From the IMG/VR virus record IMGVR_UViG_3300007863_000006, positions 1 to 35,927 of that record: DNA of 35,927 bases; one strand, given 5' to 3'. How positions within the stretch are numbered: position 1 is the first letter of the stretch; the number at the start of each line of letters is the position of its first letter. Made by a program: the position numbers and the translations under genes. This DNA comes from a virus (taxonomy: Duplodnaviria; Caudoviricetes). The notes below the pieces were generated by a model that was not told where the DNA came from, ran no database searches, and saw only the letters and a list, made by a program, of their open reading frames with translations. Of the stretch, positions 1 through 9,135 are shown one piece after another.

Positions 1-123
1 AGTTGCTGGTAGAACAAACACAGGAGGAAGATTCCAGTTTTATACAAACAATACTAATGATGCTGCAGATTATACCGTAACACCAGATGGTATAATGACT
101 ATGACTATGACTGAAACTGGCAA
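1..123. repeat. Terminal direct repeat, left copy (identical to 35805..35927); circular-assembly overlap
   Basis: AGTTGCTGGT...GAAACTGGCAA (123 bp) occurs at both ends, and the reading frame is preserved across the join. Confidence 0.97.
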
Positions 124-2083
124 CGTCGGGATTGGAACGACTAGTCCAGAGCATAAATTAGTCGCTATGGGTACTATTGGTTTTGGCGCTGGTGGTTACA
201 ACGGTGGTGTATTTGTAAACAATACTTCTACATCAGTTGATGAAAATTGGGGATTAGAAGTACAACGAACTAGTGGAGTTTCAGACTATAACACTAGGCT
301 TAAGTATTACCCAGTTTCAGGGGGTACAAGAAAAGCAGGTATTTACAACTCGCAAACAAGTTCTTTTTCACTTTACTCAGATTCTAATAATAATCCAAAT
401 ATAATTATACCTGACGGCAACGTCGGGATTGGGACGACTAGTCCTGGTAGCAGAAGGTTAAGTGTTGTTAAAGATACTGGTATTACATCTGGGTTTAATG
501 ATATAACAGAGTTTTTAGATACAACTTTGGGTGGTGGTGGTTCAGTAAGTTTAAATGTTGGTAGAGCAAATAGTAGTAAAAACTTAGGTAAAATGGCGTT
601 TAAATACGTTAGTTCAGGCTCTAATAGTAATGCATTGAACTTTGGGTTTTATGATGCTGATAATTTGATGACCATACAGGCGGGTGGCAACGTCGGGATC
701 GGGACGACTAGTCCTAGTGTAAAGTTACATATAAAAGGAATTGCCAATGGAACTGACGGTAAGTTATACATAACTGAAGACGCTTCTAATGGATCGTTTT
801 TTAAATATGATGGAGCTACAAATAGAGGTTCTTTAGGAGGTTTGTCTACTGGCGGAGAAGGTATTGTTGTGGATTGGTCAAGAACTGGTAATGAGGTGAG
901 GTTTTTAACAGGCAATTCAGAAAGAATGCGTATTGATTCTTCAGGCAACGTCGGTATCGGAACGACTAGTCCTGGGTTTAAGTTTGTAGTTCAAGACGAT
1001 GGTACAGATCAAATGATAGCAGATTTTAGAGATTCAAATAGTGTTTATGGATTATTGTTGAGCTCAACAGGGACAGGAGGAAAAATTGAAGGAAGAGGAA
1101 CAAACCACGATTTAACAATAAATACATCTGGGACAGGGGATATTACTTTAATACCAGGCGGCAACGTTGGTATTGGAACAACTAGTCCTAGCGCTAAGTT
1201 AGATGTAGCAGGTTCAATAAACACAAGTGGTAGTATAAATCTAACAAACGCTGGTTTAAACACAATAGCTGCTAGTAATTCTAGTAATGGTTATTTAAGG
1301 TTTTTAGTAGACCAACAAGGTGTTGCACTAACTCTTAACGCTGATACAACTTCTACGTTTGGAGGTAGAATTTATGCTGTTGATGGAAATAAAGCTACAC
1401 CAGGTTATTCCTTTGCTAGTGATCCAGATACTGGTATGTTTAGAGCCTCTGCTAATGTTTTAGTACTTGGAGTAAATGGAGATACTAGAATCAAGATAAG
1501 TAATACCGATATAGTAACTTACAAACCTCTTGCTGTTAATACTACTTCAATTACCTCTGGTGTTGCATTAGACGTTGGCGGAGTTGGTTTAATAGGAGAT
1601 TCTGGCGTTGGTGATTTTTACTTAGGCAACTACGCAACTGCTAATCATTTTAGATTTCACACTAACAATTCAAATACATATTTTGATATGAATTGTGGTG
1701 ATATATATTGGAGACAAGGAACGTCTACTAGATATCAGTTCTTTGCTTCAACCGCTAATATGACTATACAAGGTACGTTAACTCAAAATTCTGACGCAAG
1801 AACTAAGGAAAATGTAATTGAAATAAGTGATTGTATTAGTAAGGTCAAAGCTATGAGAGGTGTTTACTATAATAGGACTGATTTTAATACAGAAGTTACT
1901 AAAGTTGGTGTTATAGCACAAGAAGTTGAAGCTGTGTTACCAGAACTTGTTTTAGAATCACCTGAGACAGGATTAAAATCTGTAGCTTACTCAGAATTAA
2001 CATCAGTACTAATAAACGCAATAAAAGAGCAACAAGAAATAATAGAAGATTTAAAAACAAGAATAACTAAATTAGAAAACTAA
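2..2083 (+). CDS. C-terminal part of the giant tail fibre (continues from 30610 across the junction), with a peptidase S74 intramolecular chaperone domain at about 1790..2083
   Basis: Five GNVGIGTTSP repeats. The C-terminus SDARTKEN...GVIAQEVEAVLPELV...VAYSELTSVLINAIKEQQ...LKTRITKLE is the S74 autocleavage motif. Position 95 equals 35899, in frame with ATG 30610, so ATG 95 is internal. Confidence 0.93.
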   Translation, partial: VAGRTNTGGRFQFYTNNTNDAADYTVTPDGIMTMTMTETGNVGIGTTSPEHKLVAMGTIGFGAGGYNGGVFVNNTSTSVDENWGLEVQRTSGVSDYNTRLKYYPVSGGTRKAGIYNSQTSSFSLYSDSNNNPNIIIPDGNVGIGTTSPGSRRLSVVKDTGITSGFNDITEFLDTTLGGGGSVSLNVGRANSSKNLGKMAFKYVSSGSNSNALNFGFYDADNLMTIQAGGNVGIGTTSPSVKLHIKGIANGTDGKLYITEDASNGSFFKYDGATNRGSLGGLSTGGEGIVVDWSRTGNEVRFLTGNSERMRIDSSGNVGIGTTSPGFKFVVQDDGTDQMIADFRDSNSVYGLLLSSTGTGGKIEGRGTNHDLTINTSGTGDITLIPGGNVGIGTTSPSAKLDVAGSINTSGSINLTNAGLNTIAASNSSNGYLRFLVDQQGVALTLNADTTSTFGGRIYAVDGNKATPGYSFASDPDTGMFRASANVLVLGVNGDTRIKISNTDIVTYKPLAVNTTSITSGVALDVGGVGLIGDSGVGDFYLGNYATANHFRFHTNNSNTYFDMNCGDIYWRQGTSTRYQFFASTANMTIQGTLTQNSDARTKENVIEISDCISKVKAMRGVYYNRTDFNTEVTKVGVIAQEVEAVLPELVLESPETGLKSVAYSELTSVLINAIKEQQEIIEDLKTRITKLEN
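119..1189 (+). repeat. Linker copies 18-22 of the in-frame 30-bp repeat array (starts 119, 416, 686, 944, 1160)
   Basis: For example GGCAACGTCGGGATTGGGACGACTAGTCCT at 416 and GGCAACGTCGGGATCGGGACGACTAGTCCT at 686. Confidence 0.95.
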
Positions 2084-2096
2084 TAATTAAATAAAT

Positions 2097-2113
2097 TTGT
2101 ATATTTGTAGAAA
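2097..2113 (+). promoter_or_regulatory. Putative Bacteroidota-type promoter (-7 box TATATTTG at 2100..2107)
   Basis: The 17-mer TTGTATATTTGTAGAAA is identical to 3223..3239, is intergenic, and matches TAnnTTTG. Confidence 0.65.
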
Positions 2114-2122
2114 ATAATAATT

Positions 2123-2455
2123 ATGGCAAATACATATTCTTGGGACATTCCAGCAGTAGATTGTAGACCTTTAGAAGAAGGTAATACAGATGTAGTTTAT
2201 AACGTACATTGGAGATATTCTGCATCGGATGACGTAGCAGAACCTGATACTAAGCAAGCTACAATAATTGGCACACAAACAGTTGCAGCGCCTGAAGGTG
2301 ATTTTATACCCTTTGCTGATTTAACAACTGATATAGTTGTTGGATGGATAACACCAGAAATGGATATGGATGAATTAAAATCTAATTTAGATGCACAAAT
2401 AGCTGAGTTAGAAAATCCTACAAGTGTGACATTGCCATTACCTAACAACGAATAA
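2123..2455 (+). CDS. Acidic tail-fibre-associated protein (possible fibre assembly chaperone)
   Basis: Lies directly after the S74 fibre. The MANTYSW...VVYNVHWR...FIPFADLT...GW pattern resembles small proteins that follow marine phage fibre genes. Confidence 0.55.
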   Translation: MANTYSWDIPAVDCRPLEEGNTDVVYNVHWRYSASDDVAEPDTKQATIIGTQTVAAPEGDFIPFADLTTDIVVGWITPEMDMDELKSNLDAQIAELENPTSVTLPLPNNE

Positions 2456-2502
2456 TCAATAATTACCAAGCAACGAATAATTAATAATAAACAAAAACAA
2501 AA

Positions 2503-2742
2503 ATGGGGAATTTAACTGAAGAAGAGTTCAATCAATTAAAACAATTAGAAGGAACTAAAAATGCTATACACCACGATCTAGGTGCATTAGCTACACAACA
2601 AAAAAGACTACACAAAGGTTACGAAAATTTAGAAGAACAAAGTGAAAAATTCAGAAATGAATTAGTTGAAAAGTACGGAAAAATTAATGTAGACCTTAAA
2701 GACGGATCATTTAAAGAAGTAGAAGAAGAAGTTAAAGAGTAA
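2503..2742 (+). CDS. Small coiled-coil hypothetical protein
   Basis: 79 aa, heptad-like and charged, ending KYGKINVDLKDGSF. TAATG coupling to the next gene. Confidence 0.7.
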   Translation: MGNLTEEEFNQLKQLEGTKNAIHHDLGALATQQKRLHKGYENLEEQSEKFRNELVEKYGKINVDLKDGSFKEVEEEVKE

Positions 2743-3212
2743 TGGCATATATTAATGGAACATCTTTTGGACTGTTTCATAATGAAATATTGCTAGGACA
2801 TTCTACAAGCGCTAGTTTTAATCTTAACGTAGACTTACCTAAATCAACAACTAAAGCATCTGCTGGTTTTCAAGAAGTTATTGCTGGTGTTAAATCAGGC
2901 ACTATATCAGTATCTGGTTTAATAGATTACAGTGATACATTTGGCTTTGAAGAATTTAGTTCAATGGTACTTACAAGAGAACTAAATAAATTTGTGTTTA
3001 CACAACAGGCTTTTTTAGGTATGACACTAACTGGCACTGGTTACATTGTAAATGTAGAGGCTATAGCTGAGGCAGAAAATGTTGTTAGCTATGATTTAGA
3101 AATACAATTGACTGATTTTTTTAGCATACAAGATGATAGAAGTGGTCACAGATATTGGAATACAACAGATGTATTTTGGAATAATGCTAACTTCAATTGG
3201 AATCTTGCATAA
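2742..3212 (+). CDS. Tail-tube-like protein (paralog of the major tail protein) with a Trp/Asn-rich C-terminal extension
   Basis: Aligns by eye with 3263..3670 (NGT, LGHST/LGHTT, DLPKSTTK/DLPEATTK, GFQEVIAGV, GLIDYSD/GLVDYSD). Confidence 0.75.
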   Translation: MAYINGTSFGLFHNEILLGHSTSASFNLNVDLPKSTTKASAGFQEVIAGVKSGTISVSGLIDYSDTFGFEEFSSMVLTRELNKFVFTQQAFLGMTLTGTGYIVNVEAIAEAENVVSYDLEIQLTDFFSIQDDRSGHRYWNTTDVFWNNANFNWNLA

Positions 3213-3222
3213 TAAATAAATA

Positions 3223-3239
3223 TTGTATATTTGTAGAAA
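3223..3239 (+). promoter_or_regulatory. Putative promoter (-7 box TATATTTG at 3226..3233)
   Basis: Identical 17-mer to 2097..2113, upstream of the major tail gene. Confidence 0.65.
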
Positions 3240-3262
3240 TAAAATATTATAAAATTTAAAAA

Positions 3263-3670
3263 ATGGCTACAACATCAGTATTTAATGGAACTAACCTATT
3301 ATTGAAAATCGAAACAGTAACTCTTGGACATACAACTAGTTGTTCAATGACGTTATCTAATGATTTACCAGAAGCTACAACAAAGGATTCAAACGGATTC
3401 CAAGAAGTAATTGCTGGTGTAATAAGTGGTGAAATTTCATTTGAAGGATTAGTAGACTATAGTGATTCATCAAACGCAATTCAAATGGCTGATTTCTTAT
3501 TAGCTAGAACACAGATTACTTGTGTATTTGGTACAGCTGAGACTGGCGATTCTGTTTATACAGCAGAAGGATTTTTATCTTCATTAGAGCAATCTGCTGA
3601 AATGGAAAGTCCTGTAAGTTATTCTGGTTCAATTACGTTAACTGGCGCAATTACTAAGTCAACAAACTAA
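3263..3670 (+). CDS. Major tail (tube) protein
   Basis: 135 aa with a TP901-1/GTA-like tube pattern (E.TTKDS.GFQE.I.G..SGEISFEG...YT.EGFLSSLEQSA), upstream of the chaperone and tape measure. Confidence 0.85.
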   Translation: MATTSVFNGTNLLLKIETVTLGHTTSCSMTLSNDLPEATTKDSNGFQEVIAGVISGEISFEGLVDYSDSSNAIQMADFLLARTQITCVFGTAETGDSVYTAEGFLSSLEQSAEMESPVSYSGSITLTGAITKSTN

Positions 3671-3686
3671 TATTAAAAACACATAA

Positions 3687-4064
3687 ATGGCAAATAGGAA
3701 AAGGGGTTACTACACCATTAAATTGGGTGGTAAAAGTCGTACAATGCATTTTTCAATGAATTTTTGGGCGAACTTTACTGAATCATTAGGTATATCATTA
3801 GACCAAATAGGCGCTATCTTTGAAGGTGGCGTTTCTATTAAAAACATAAGAGCGTTGATACATTCAGCGCTTTTAGCTTTTGACCAAGAAGAGAATAATG
3901 AAATTGATTACAATGAATTTACAGTAGGTAATTGGTTAGCTGATTTAGAAGCATCTAAATTAGAAGATATTGTTTCTGTAATGTTAGAATCTAAAATTCT
4001 TGGTAATGATTTAAACGTTGGTATAAAACGTAAGGTCACAAAAACTACAAAAAAGGGAAAGTAA
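3687..4064 (+). CDS. Tail assembly chaperone (lambda gpG-like)
   Basis: Sits between the tail tube and tape measure genes and ends in the slippery sequence G GGA AAG TAA. Confidence 0.85.
   Translation: MANRKRGYYTIKLGGKSRTMHFSMNFWANFTESLGISLDQIGAIFEGGVSIKNIRALIHSALLAFDQEENNEIDYNEFTVGNWLADLEASKLEDIVSVMLESKILGNDLNVGIKRKVTKTTKKGK
4049..4061 (+). other. Programmed -1 ribosomal frameshift site
   Basis: In-frame A AAA AAG (4049..4055) overlaps G GGA AAG (4055..4061, identical to the lambda G/GT site). The -1 frame is open to TAA at 4393. Confidence 0.88.
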
Positions 4065-4393
4065 AAGCGTCCATTAGTTGGGACGATATTTTAGATTATT
4101 ATATCGGTCAAATAGGGATTTCACCAAGTGATTTTTGGACGCATACTTGGGGTGAAAATCAATTACTAGGTGAGTCCCATATGATCAAGCAAAATTTAGA
4201 GTGGGAACGTGTACGATATTTATCTATGATTTTATTTAATATAAATGTAGACAAGCGTGCCAATATGATTACACCAGATAAATTATTTCCACTACCACAA
4301 GATGTTTATTTAGAAAAAGATAAACCCAAAAGCACTAGAGAACAATACGACAGATTTTTAAAACAAGTCAACAAAAGTAAAGAGAAAAATTAA
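4055..4393 (+). CDS. Frameshift extension of the tail chaperone (gpGT-like fusion 3687..4393, about 235 aa)
   Basis: The -1 frame reads GKVKASISWDDILDYYIGQIGISPSDFWTHTWGE...MIKQNLEWER and includes track ORF 4181..4393. Confidence 0.85.
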   Translation, partial: GKVKASISWDDILDYYIGQIGISPSDFWTHTWGENQLLGESHMIKQNLEWERVRYLSMILFNINVDKRANMITPDKLFPLPQDVYLEKDKPKSTREQYDRFLKQVNKSKEKN

Positions 4394-4408
4394 GAGTCTT
4401 TTTTTTTG

Positions 4409-4416
4409 TATTTTTG
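4409..4416 (+). promoter_or_regulatory. Putative -7 box TATTTTTG upstream of the tape measure gene
   Basis: Intergenic TTTGTATTTTTGTTA, same motif family as the copies at 2097 and 3223. Confidence 0.45.
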
Positions 4417-4431
4417 TTAAAATTCTAAGAT

Positions 4432-6795
4432 ATGGCAACACAACCATTAAGAGTAAAAATAAATGGTGATGCTAGTGGCTTAAATAAAGCTGTTTCAAGT
4501 GCATCAAGCAAATTAAAATCATTTGGTGGTAAACTAAAAGGACTAGGCTCTTCTTTGCAAGCTGTTGCATTGCCTATGGCTTTGTTAGGTGGTGCTAGTG
4601 TAAAAATGGGATTAGACTTTGACAAGTCTATGACTAAAATTAAGGCACTTGTAGGAGTTGCTAGTGATCAGGTAGATAAAATGGGAGAAAGTGCTAGAAA
4701 AATGGCACTAGAAACAGGTATAAGTAGTAGTGAAGCAGCTAACGCTTTATTCTTTATAACCTCTGCTGGTTTAGATACTGCTGAATCATTAGAAACTTTA
4801 AAATTTGCTACAAAAGCCGCAGCTGCTGGGTTAGGTGATACTGCAACTATTGCCGATCTAACTACTTCAGCAATGAATGCATATGCTGATGGGTCTTTAA
4901 ATGCTGAATCTGCAACAGATGTTTTAACAGCTGCTGTACGTGAGGGTAAATTAGAGTCAAGTGAATTAGCTGGTGCAATGGGTGGTGTTATACCAATAGC
5001 ATCTAATATGGGTGTATCGTTTGACCAAGTGGGTGCTGCGATGGCAGCTATGTCAAGAACAGGTACAAACGCTGCTGTTGGAGCAACACAGTTGACAGCA
5101 ATACTATCTTCATTAAAAAAACCAGCAGCTGAAGCTGAACAAGCATTACAAGCGATGGGACTTAGCACAGATGGTGTGCAAAAAAGTTTAGCAGAAGATG
5201 GGTTAATGAATACCCTAGAAATGTTAAAAGGCAAAACTGAAGAATTTGGTGTTGACATAACAAGTATATTTCCAAACATTAGAGCCTTAAAAGGTGTGCT
5301 AGATTTAACTGGTGCTGGTATGGAAGATGCTAAAAAAATATTTGACTCACTATCTAAAAGTGCTGGGTCAACTGCTAAAGCATTTCAAATAACACAAGAA
5401 AGTGCAAGTTTTCAATTTCAAAAAGCATTAAATGGCGCAAAGGAAACTTTAGCTAGTTTAGGGCAACAATTATTAGTTGCTGTAGTGCCTTTATTACAAA
5501 AGGCTGCAACGTTTGTACAAAATCTATATCAAAGATTTAACGAATTAAGTCCTAGTACAAAAAAATTACTTATAGCTTTAGGTGGCGTAGCAATAGTCTT
5601 ACCAACAATTATAACTTTGGCAGGTACACTTACAGGTATTTTAGGTGCTTTACTATCACCAATTGGTTTAGTAGCAGCTGGTTTAGCTGGCATAGCTTAT
5701 GTAATAAGTCAAAATTGGAATGAAATTTTGCCTGTTGTAGTAGGTCTTTACAATCAATTTGTAGATTTATATAATTCGTCAAGGTTAATAAGAACAGGAA
5801 TTGCAGCTATAGGTTCTGTCTTTAAATCAGTTTTTATAGCCGCTAAAGCATCTGTAATGAAATTCGTCAATGTTTTTGAAACAATGTGGAGATTAATTAA
5901 AGCGTTTAGTAAAGATGGTTTTGATGCATCTTTTGGCGATATATTAAAAGAAGGATTTGCTGAAAGTGGCAAAATAACTAAAGATGCAGCAGAAGATATA
6001 GCAACAGAATTTACTGACGGTTATACCAATGCGCTTGGTAATAATTTAGAAAAGAAAACGGTTGAACAAGTACAAAAAAGCTTAAATAATGCTGTTACTA
6101 AATTAAAAACTATTACAAGAAATGCGGTAAATTCTATTTTTTCTGGTGGAGGTGGTAGCGGTGGTGATTCTACACAATCAGGACTTGCACAAGGTATGAC
6201 ACAAATTAATCAGCCATCTGCTTTAAGTCAATTAACATTGCCAGATATAATATTAGGTAAACCAGAAGAAACTGATGAAAAAATTAGTGGCTTTGTAACA
6301 AAAATGCAAAATTTAGGTTTAAGTATTGATGGTATTATGAGTGAAGTTGGCAATTCTTTTATGTCAGCATTTTCTGCTGTTATGGAAGGTGAAAATTTTG
6401 TAAAGGCATTAGGACAAATGCTTGGTCAAATTATAAAAAAATTAATTGCAGCTGCAATGGCTGCCTTAGCACTATCTGCTATATTAGGTGGATTAGGCAT
6501 AGGCACGTTTCAAGGTGGTGGCACAGGTGTCAAAGATATATTTGGTAAACTATCTGGATTCGGAGCATTTGCAAACGGAGGTATTGTTAGCGCACCTACT
6601 ATGGGTCTAGTTGGCGAATATCCTGGTGCAAGAAGCAATCCTGAAGTAATAGCACCACTAAGTAAATTAAAAGGTATGCTAGGCAATAATAACAACGCAA
6701 GTAACGTACAAGTTGGAGGGTCATTTGAGCTAAGGGGACAAGATTTAATTGTTGCTTTAGAGCGTGCAAATTCTACTAGAAATAGAATTATATAA
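4432..6795 (+). CDS. Tail tape measure protein
   Basis: 787 aa, Ala/Gly/Leu-rich and helical with a TP901-type core (FDKSMTKIKAL...), hydrophobic mid-segments, and C-terminal FANGGIV..PT.GLVGE....PEVIAPL. Confidence 0.93.
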   Translation: MATQPLRVKINGDASGLNKAVSSASSKLKSFGGKLKGLGSSLQAVALPMALLGGASVKMGLDFDKSMTKIKALVGVASDQVDKMGESARKMALETGISSSEAANALFFITSAGLDTAESLETLKFATKAAAAGLGDTATIADLTTSAMNAYADGSLNAESATDVLTAAVREGKLESSELAGAMGGVIPIASNMGVSFDQVGAAMAAMSRTGTNAAVGATQLTAILSSLKKPAAEAEQALQAMGLSTDGVQKSLAEDGLMNTLEMLKGKTEEFGVDITSIFPNIRALKGVLDLTGAGMEDAKKIFDSLSKSAGSTAKAFQITQESASFQFQKALNGAKETLASLGQQLLVAVVPLLQKAATFVQNLYQRFNELSPSTKKLLIALGGVAIVLPTIITLAGTLTGILGALLSPIGLVAAGLAGIAYVISQNWNEILPVVVGLYNQFVDLYNSSRLIRTGIAAIGSVFKSVFIAAKASVMKFVNVFETMWRLIKAFSKDGFDASFGDILKEGFAESGKITKDAAEDIATEFTDGYTNALGNNLEKKTVEQVQKSLNNAVTKLKTITRNAVNSIFSGGGGSGGDSTQSGLAQGMTQINQPSALSQLTLPDIILGKPEETDEKISGFVTKMQNLGLSIDGIMSEVGNSFMSAFSAVMEGENFVKALGQMLGQIIKKLIAAAMAALALSAILGGLGIGTFQGGGTGVKDIFGKLSGFGAFANGGIVSAPTMGLVGEYPGARSNPEVIAPLSKLKGMLGNNNNASNVQVGGSFELRGQDLIVALERANSTRNRII

Positions 6796-6800
6796 TATTT

Positions 6801-8810
6801 ATGGCATACGGTGTTAAATATAGATTAGAATTTAGTGATGTTTTAACCTTTGGAAAAAGGGTAGAAATACTAAAAAAAGATTATACAGGCATTGTTAATG
6901 ATATGATTGGTCAAGCAGAGCCAGTTGTAATTAAATGGAATGCTAATGATGATTATTATAATTCTCCAATTGTAGGGTCTGTATGTTCTTTAAATTTATT
7001 CACAACAGACAATGTAAGCTATGATAATTTTTATGAATACGATGAGCGTGAATATCAAATTAAAGTTCTTTACAAAGACTCTAATAACAATTACCAAACA
7101 TATTGGTTAGGCTATATAGTAGTTGACAGGCATATTGAAGAGTATAAATCAAATCCTGTTGCATTTACTTTAAAAGCATATGATGGATTAGGTACATTAG
7201 ATAATTATTCAACTCCTTTATATACATCACCAGTTAATGAAAATATTGGTATAACTAATAGAACGAGAATAGCAACTATATTAGCACATTTAGATTTAGA
7301 TTTAAATATAAAAGTACAAGCAGATATAACGCCATTCTTTGCGTCAACTCCTACTTATCCATCACGTAAAGCTGTTATGAAAAGCACATTAATTAATGCT
7401 GGTCGTAATGAATTAATAAATAAATTTGATGTACCAACTTGCAAAAAACAATTAGAAGCTATACTTAAAAGTTATAATTGTAGAATATTTCAATCTTATG
7501 GATGTTGGTATATTGTAGAAAATACTAATATATTTGATTACAATGTAAAAAATACAATATTTACAACCTTAGCTAGTGGTGGTAGTGTAAGTAATATTAG
7601 AACAAGTATAAAAAATCAATTAGTTAGTTCTTCAGATGAAGTTGTACAAACCGATTTATATAATACAAGTGGTGTTTATCAATCTGCTAGTAACGACTCT
7701 GTTTTAAGAATAGTGCCTACTACATTAAAAAGTGTTGGAGGTGATTTAGTTAGAGAATATATACAACCTTTAAATAAGGCTCGATATAATTTTAAAACTA
7801 CACAAGCTAATATATATGAATTTACTAGAAATGTAGGGTTTGAATATGGTTCTTATGGATGGACCTTAACAAGTTATGCGTCTTTAATAACTGATGAAAC
7901 AGATCAGCAAGGTAACAAAGCTATTAAGTTAGTTTCTGCGCCATCTAGTGGTACAACTTTAATGTTTGAATCATTACTTAGCACAGCAAAATCTTGGAAT
8001 CAAAACAATTCTGGAGTCATAGCACAAATAGGAGTGTTTCCAGAAAAAAACCAAAATACACTTTCTTCATTTAAGATACAATTTCAAATATTAGTAGTAG
8101 CTGGTCCTAATACACATTATTGGGATGCTGAAAATAGTACTTGGACAACAACTGCAACTACAATACAAAGAGACATAGAAACCTTTAATAATTGGCAAAC
8201 TATAAGTATAAATTTAAGTGGTAATGGTTACCCAACTAGTTTAACAGGTCAACAAATAGGTATAAAAATATTTAATTGCACGTATTCTGGAACTGGTTTA
8301 GTAGATATTTATTTTGATAATGTCGGTATTATAGGTAACTTTTTTAGACCAGACGGTACGGCTGTTACAGGTGATACTAATGTAAATATACCTAGCACAT
8401 ATATAGAATTTGCAGAACGTAATAATAGTACACTAGTTTTTAGTGATGAAAAAACAATTACTGGTACTTACTACTTTGGTGGTGTACCAACTACTGATTA
8501 TGCATTTCATAGAACTAGAGATTATAATACAAGAAAACCAATATTTGAACGACATTTACAAAACATAATGAATGACTATAGAGCTTTTGTTGTTAGATAT
8601 GAAGGCACTTTTAGAAATGAAATACAAAACCCATTGTCTATGCACAATAGATTATGGTTTAATTTTGGTGCATCAATAGCACAAGACGAGCAAAGCTGTT
8701 TTATAAATGGCTTAGAATATAAAGTTAAATCTGCTTATGCTAAAATCATAGCACATTTACCAAATGATGATGATGATATTGATTTAAAGTTTAGAATTAC
8801 AACAGAATAG
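6801..8810 (+). CDS. Tail tip/baseplate hub-like structural protein
   Basis: 669 aa directly after the tape measure, beta-rich, with YWLGY...FTLKAYDGLGTL and a CBM-like insert (NVGFEYGSYGWT...IYFDNV). Confidence 0.65.
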   Translation: MAYGVKYRLEFSDVLTFGKRVEILKKDYTGIVNDMIGQAEPVVIKWNANDDYYNSPIVGSVCSLNLFTTDNVSYDNFYEYDEREYQIKVLYKDSNNNYQTYWLGYIVVDRHIEEYKSNPVAFTLKAYDGLGTLDNYSTPLYTSPVNENIGITNRTRIATILAHLDLDLNIKVQADITPFFASTPTYPSRKAVMKSTLINAGRNELINKFDVPTCKKQLEAILKSYNCRIFQSYGCWYIVENTNIFDYNVKNTIFTTLASGGSVSNIRTSIKNQLVSSSDEVVQTDLYNTSGVYQSASNDSVLRIVPTTLKSVGGDLVREYIQPLNKARYNFKTTQANIYEFTRNVGFEYGSYGWTLTSYASLITDETDQQGNKAIKLVSAPSSGTTLMFESLLSTAKSWNQNNSGVIAQIGVFPEKNQNTLSSFKIQFQILVVAGPNTHYWDAENSTWTTTATTIQRDIETFNNWQTISINLSGNGYPTSLTGQQIGIKIFNCTYSGTGLVDIYFDNVGIIGNFFRPDGTAVTGDTNVNIPSTYIEFAERNNSTLVFSDEKTITGTYYFGGVPTTDYAFHRTRDYNTRKPIFERHLQNIMNDYRAFVVRYEGTFRNEIQNPLSMHNRLWFNFGASIAQDEQSCFINGLEYKVKSAYAKIIAHLPNDDDDIDLKFRITTE

Positions 8811-8840
8811 ATATTCAGAATCCCCTTTCTGTTTGCGAAG

Positions 8841-8877
8841 AAATCCCTAATTTTTTTTTAATTTTAGGGGTTTTTTT
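8841..8877 (+). terminator. Putative intrinsic terminator ending the tail operon
   Basis: CCCTAA...TTAGGG stem followed by a T-run. Confidence 0.55.
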
Positions 8878-8882
8878 ATGTT

Positions 8883-8907
8883 AATTGAAAATTTTTTTTT
8901 ATTTTTG
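8883..8907 (+). promoter_or_regulatory. Putative early promoter/operator (-7 box TATTTTTG at 8900..8907)
   Basis: The 25-mer AATTGAAAATTTTTTTTTATTTTTG matches 9976..10000 with 3 mismatches. Confidence 0.5.
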
Positions 8908-8928
8908 TTTAAACTTTAAAATTAAAAT

Positions 8929-9123
8929 ATGTTTGAAAATCTATTTAAAGACGAACTAAAAAGTCTTAAATTAAAACGGTATGACGTGTGCGAAATTCTT
9001 AAATGCACAATGCCTACATTAAAATCAAGAATACAAAACCCTGACACATTTACTATAAGTGAATTAAATATTTTACGTGATTGTGGTTTTGAAAATTCAG
9101 TTAAAAATTTAATAAACAATTAA
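8929..9123 (+). CDS. Small HTH DNA-binding protein (Cro/XRE-like)
   Basis: 64 aa. LKRYDVCEILKCTMPTLKSRIQNPDTFTISEL fits a helix-turn-helix. First gene of the early region. Confidence 0.7.
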   Translation: MFENLFKDELKSLKLKRYDVCEILKCTMPTLKSRIQNPDTFTISELNILRDCGFENSVKNLINN

Positions 9124-9135
9124 ACAATTAATAAT

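Noticed and set aside
95-112. ATG 95 as a gene start, and the (ATGACT)x3 microrepeat as a phase-variation tract
   Set aside because: The frame is open upstream through the junction, and a 6-bp unit with three copies would not shift the frame.
1-123. Biological terminal repeat of the packaged genome
   Set aside because: It lies in the middle of a gene and is most simply an assembly overlap. Read-end data would be needed to claim physical termini.
2-2083. Diversity-generating retroelement acting on the fibre
   Set aside because: No reverse transcriptase, and no template/variable repeat pair with adenine-specific mismatches was seen.
8811-9123. Lysogeny module
   Set aside because: Only one small HTH gene, with no divergent repressor, integrase, partition genes or att site identified.
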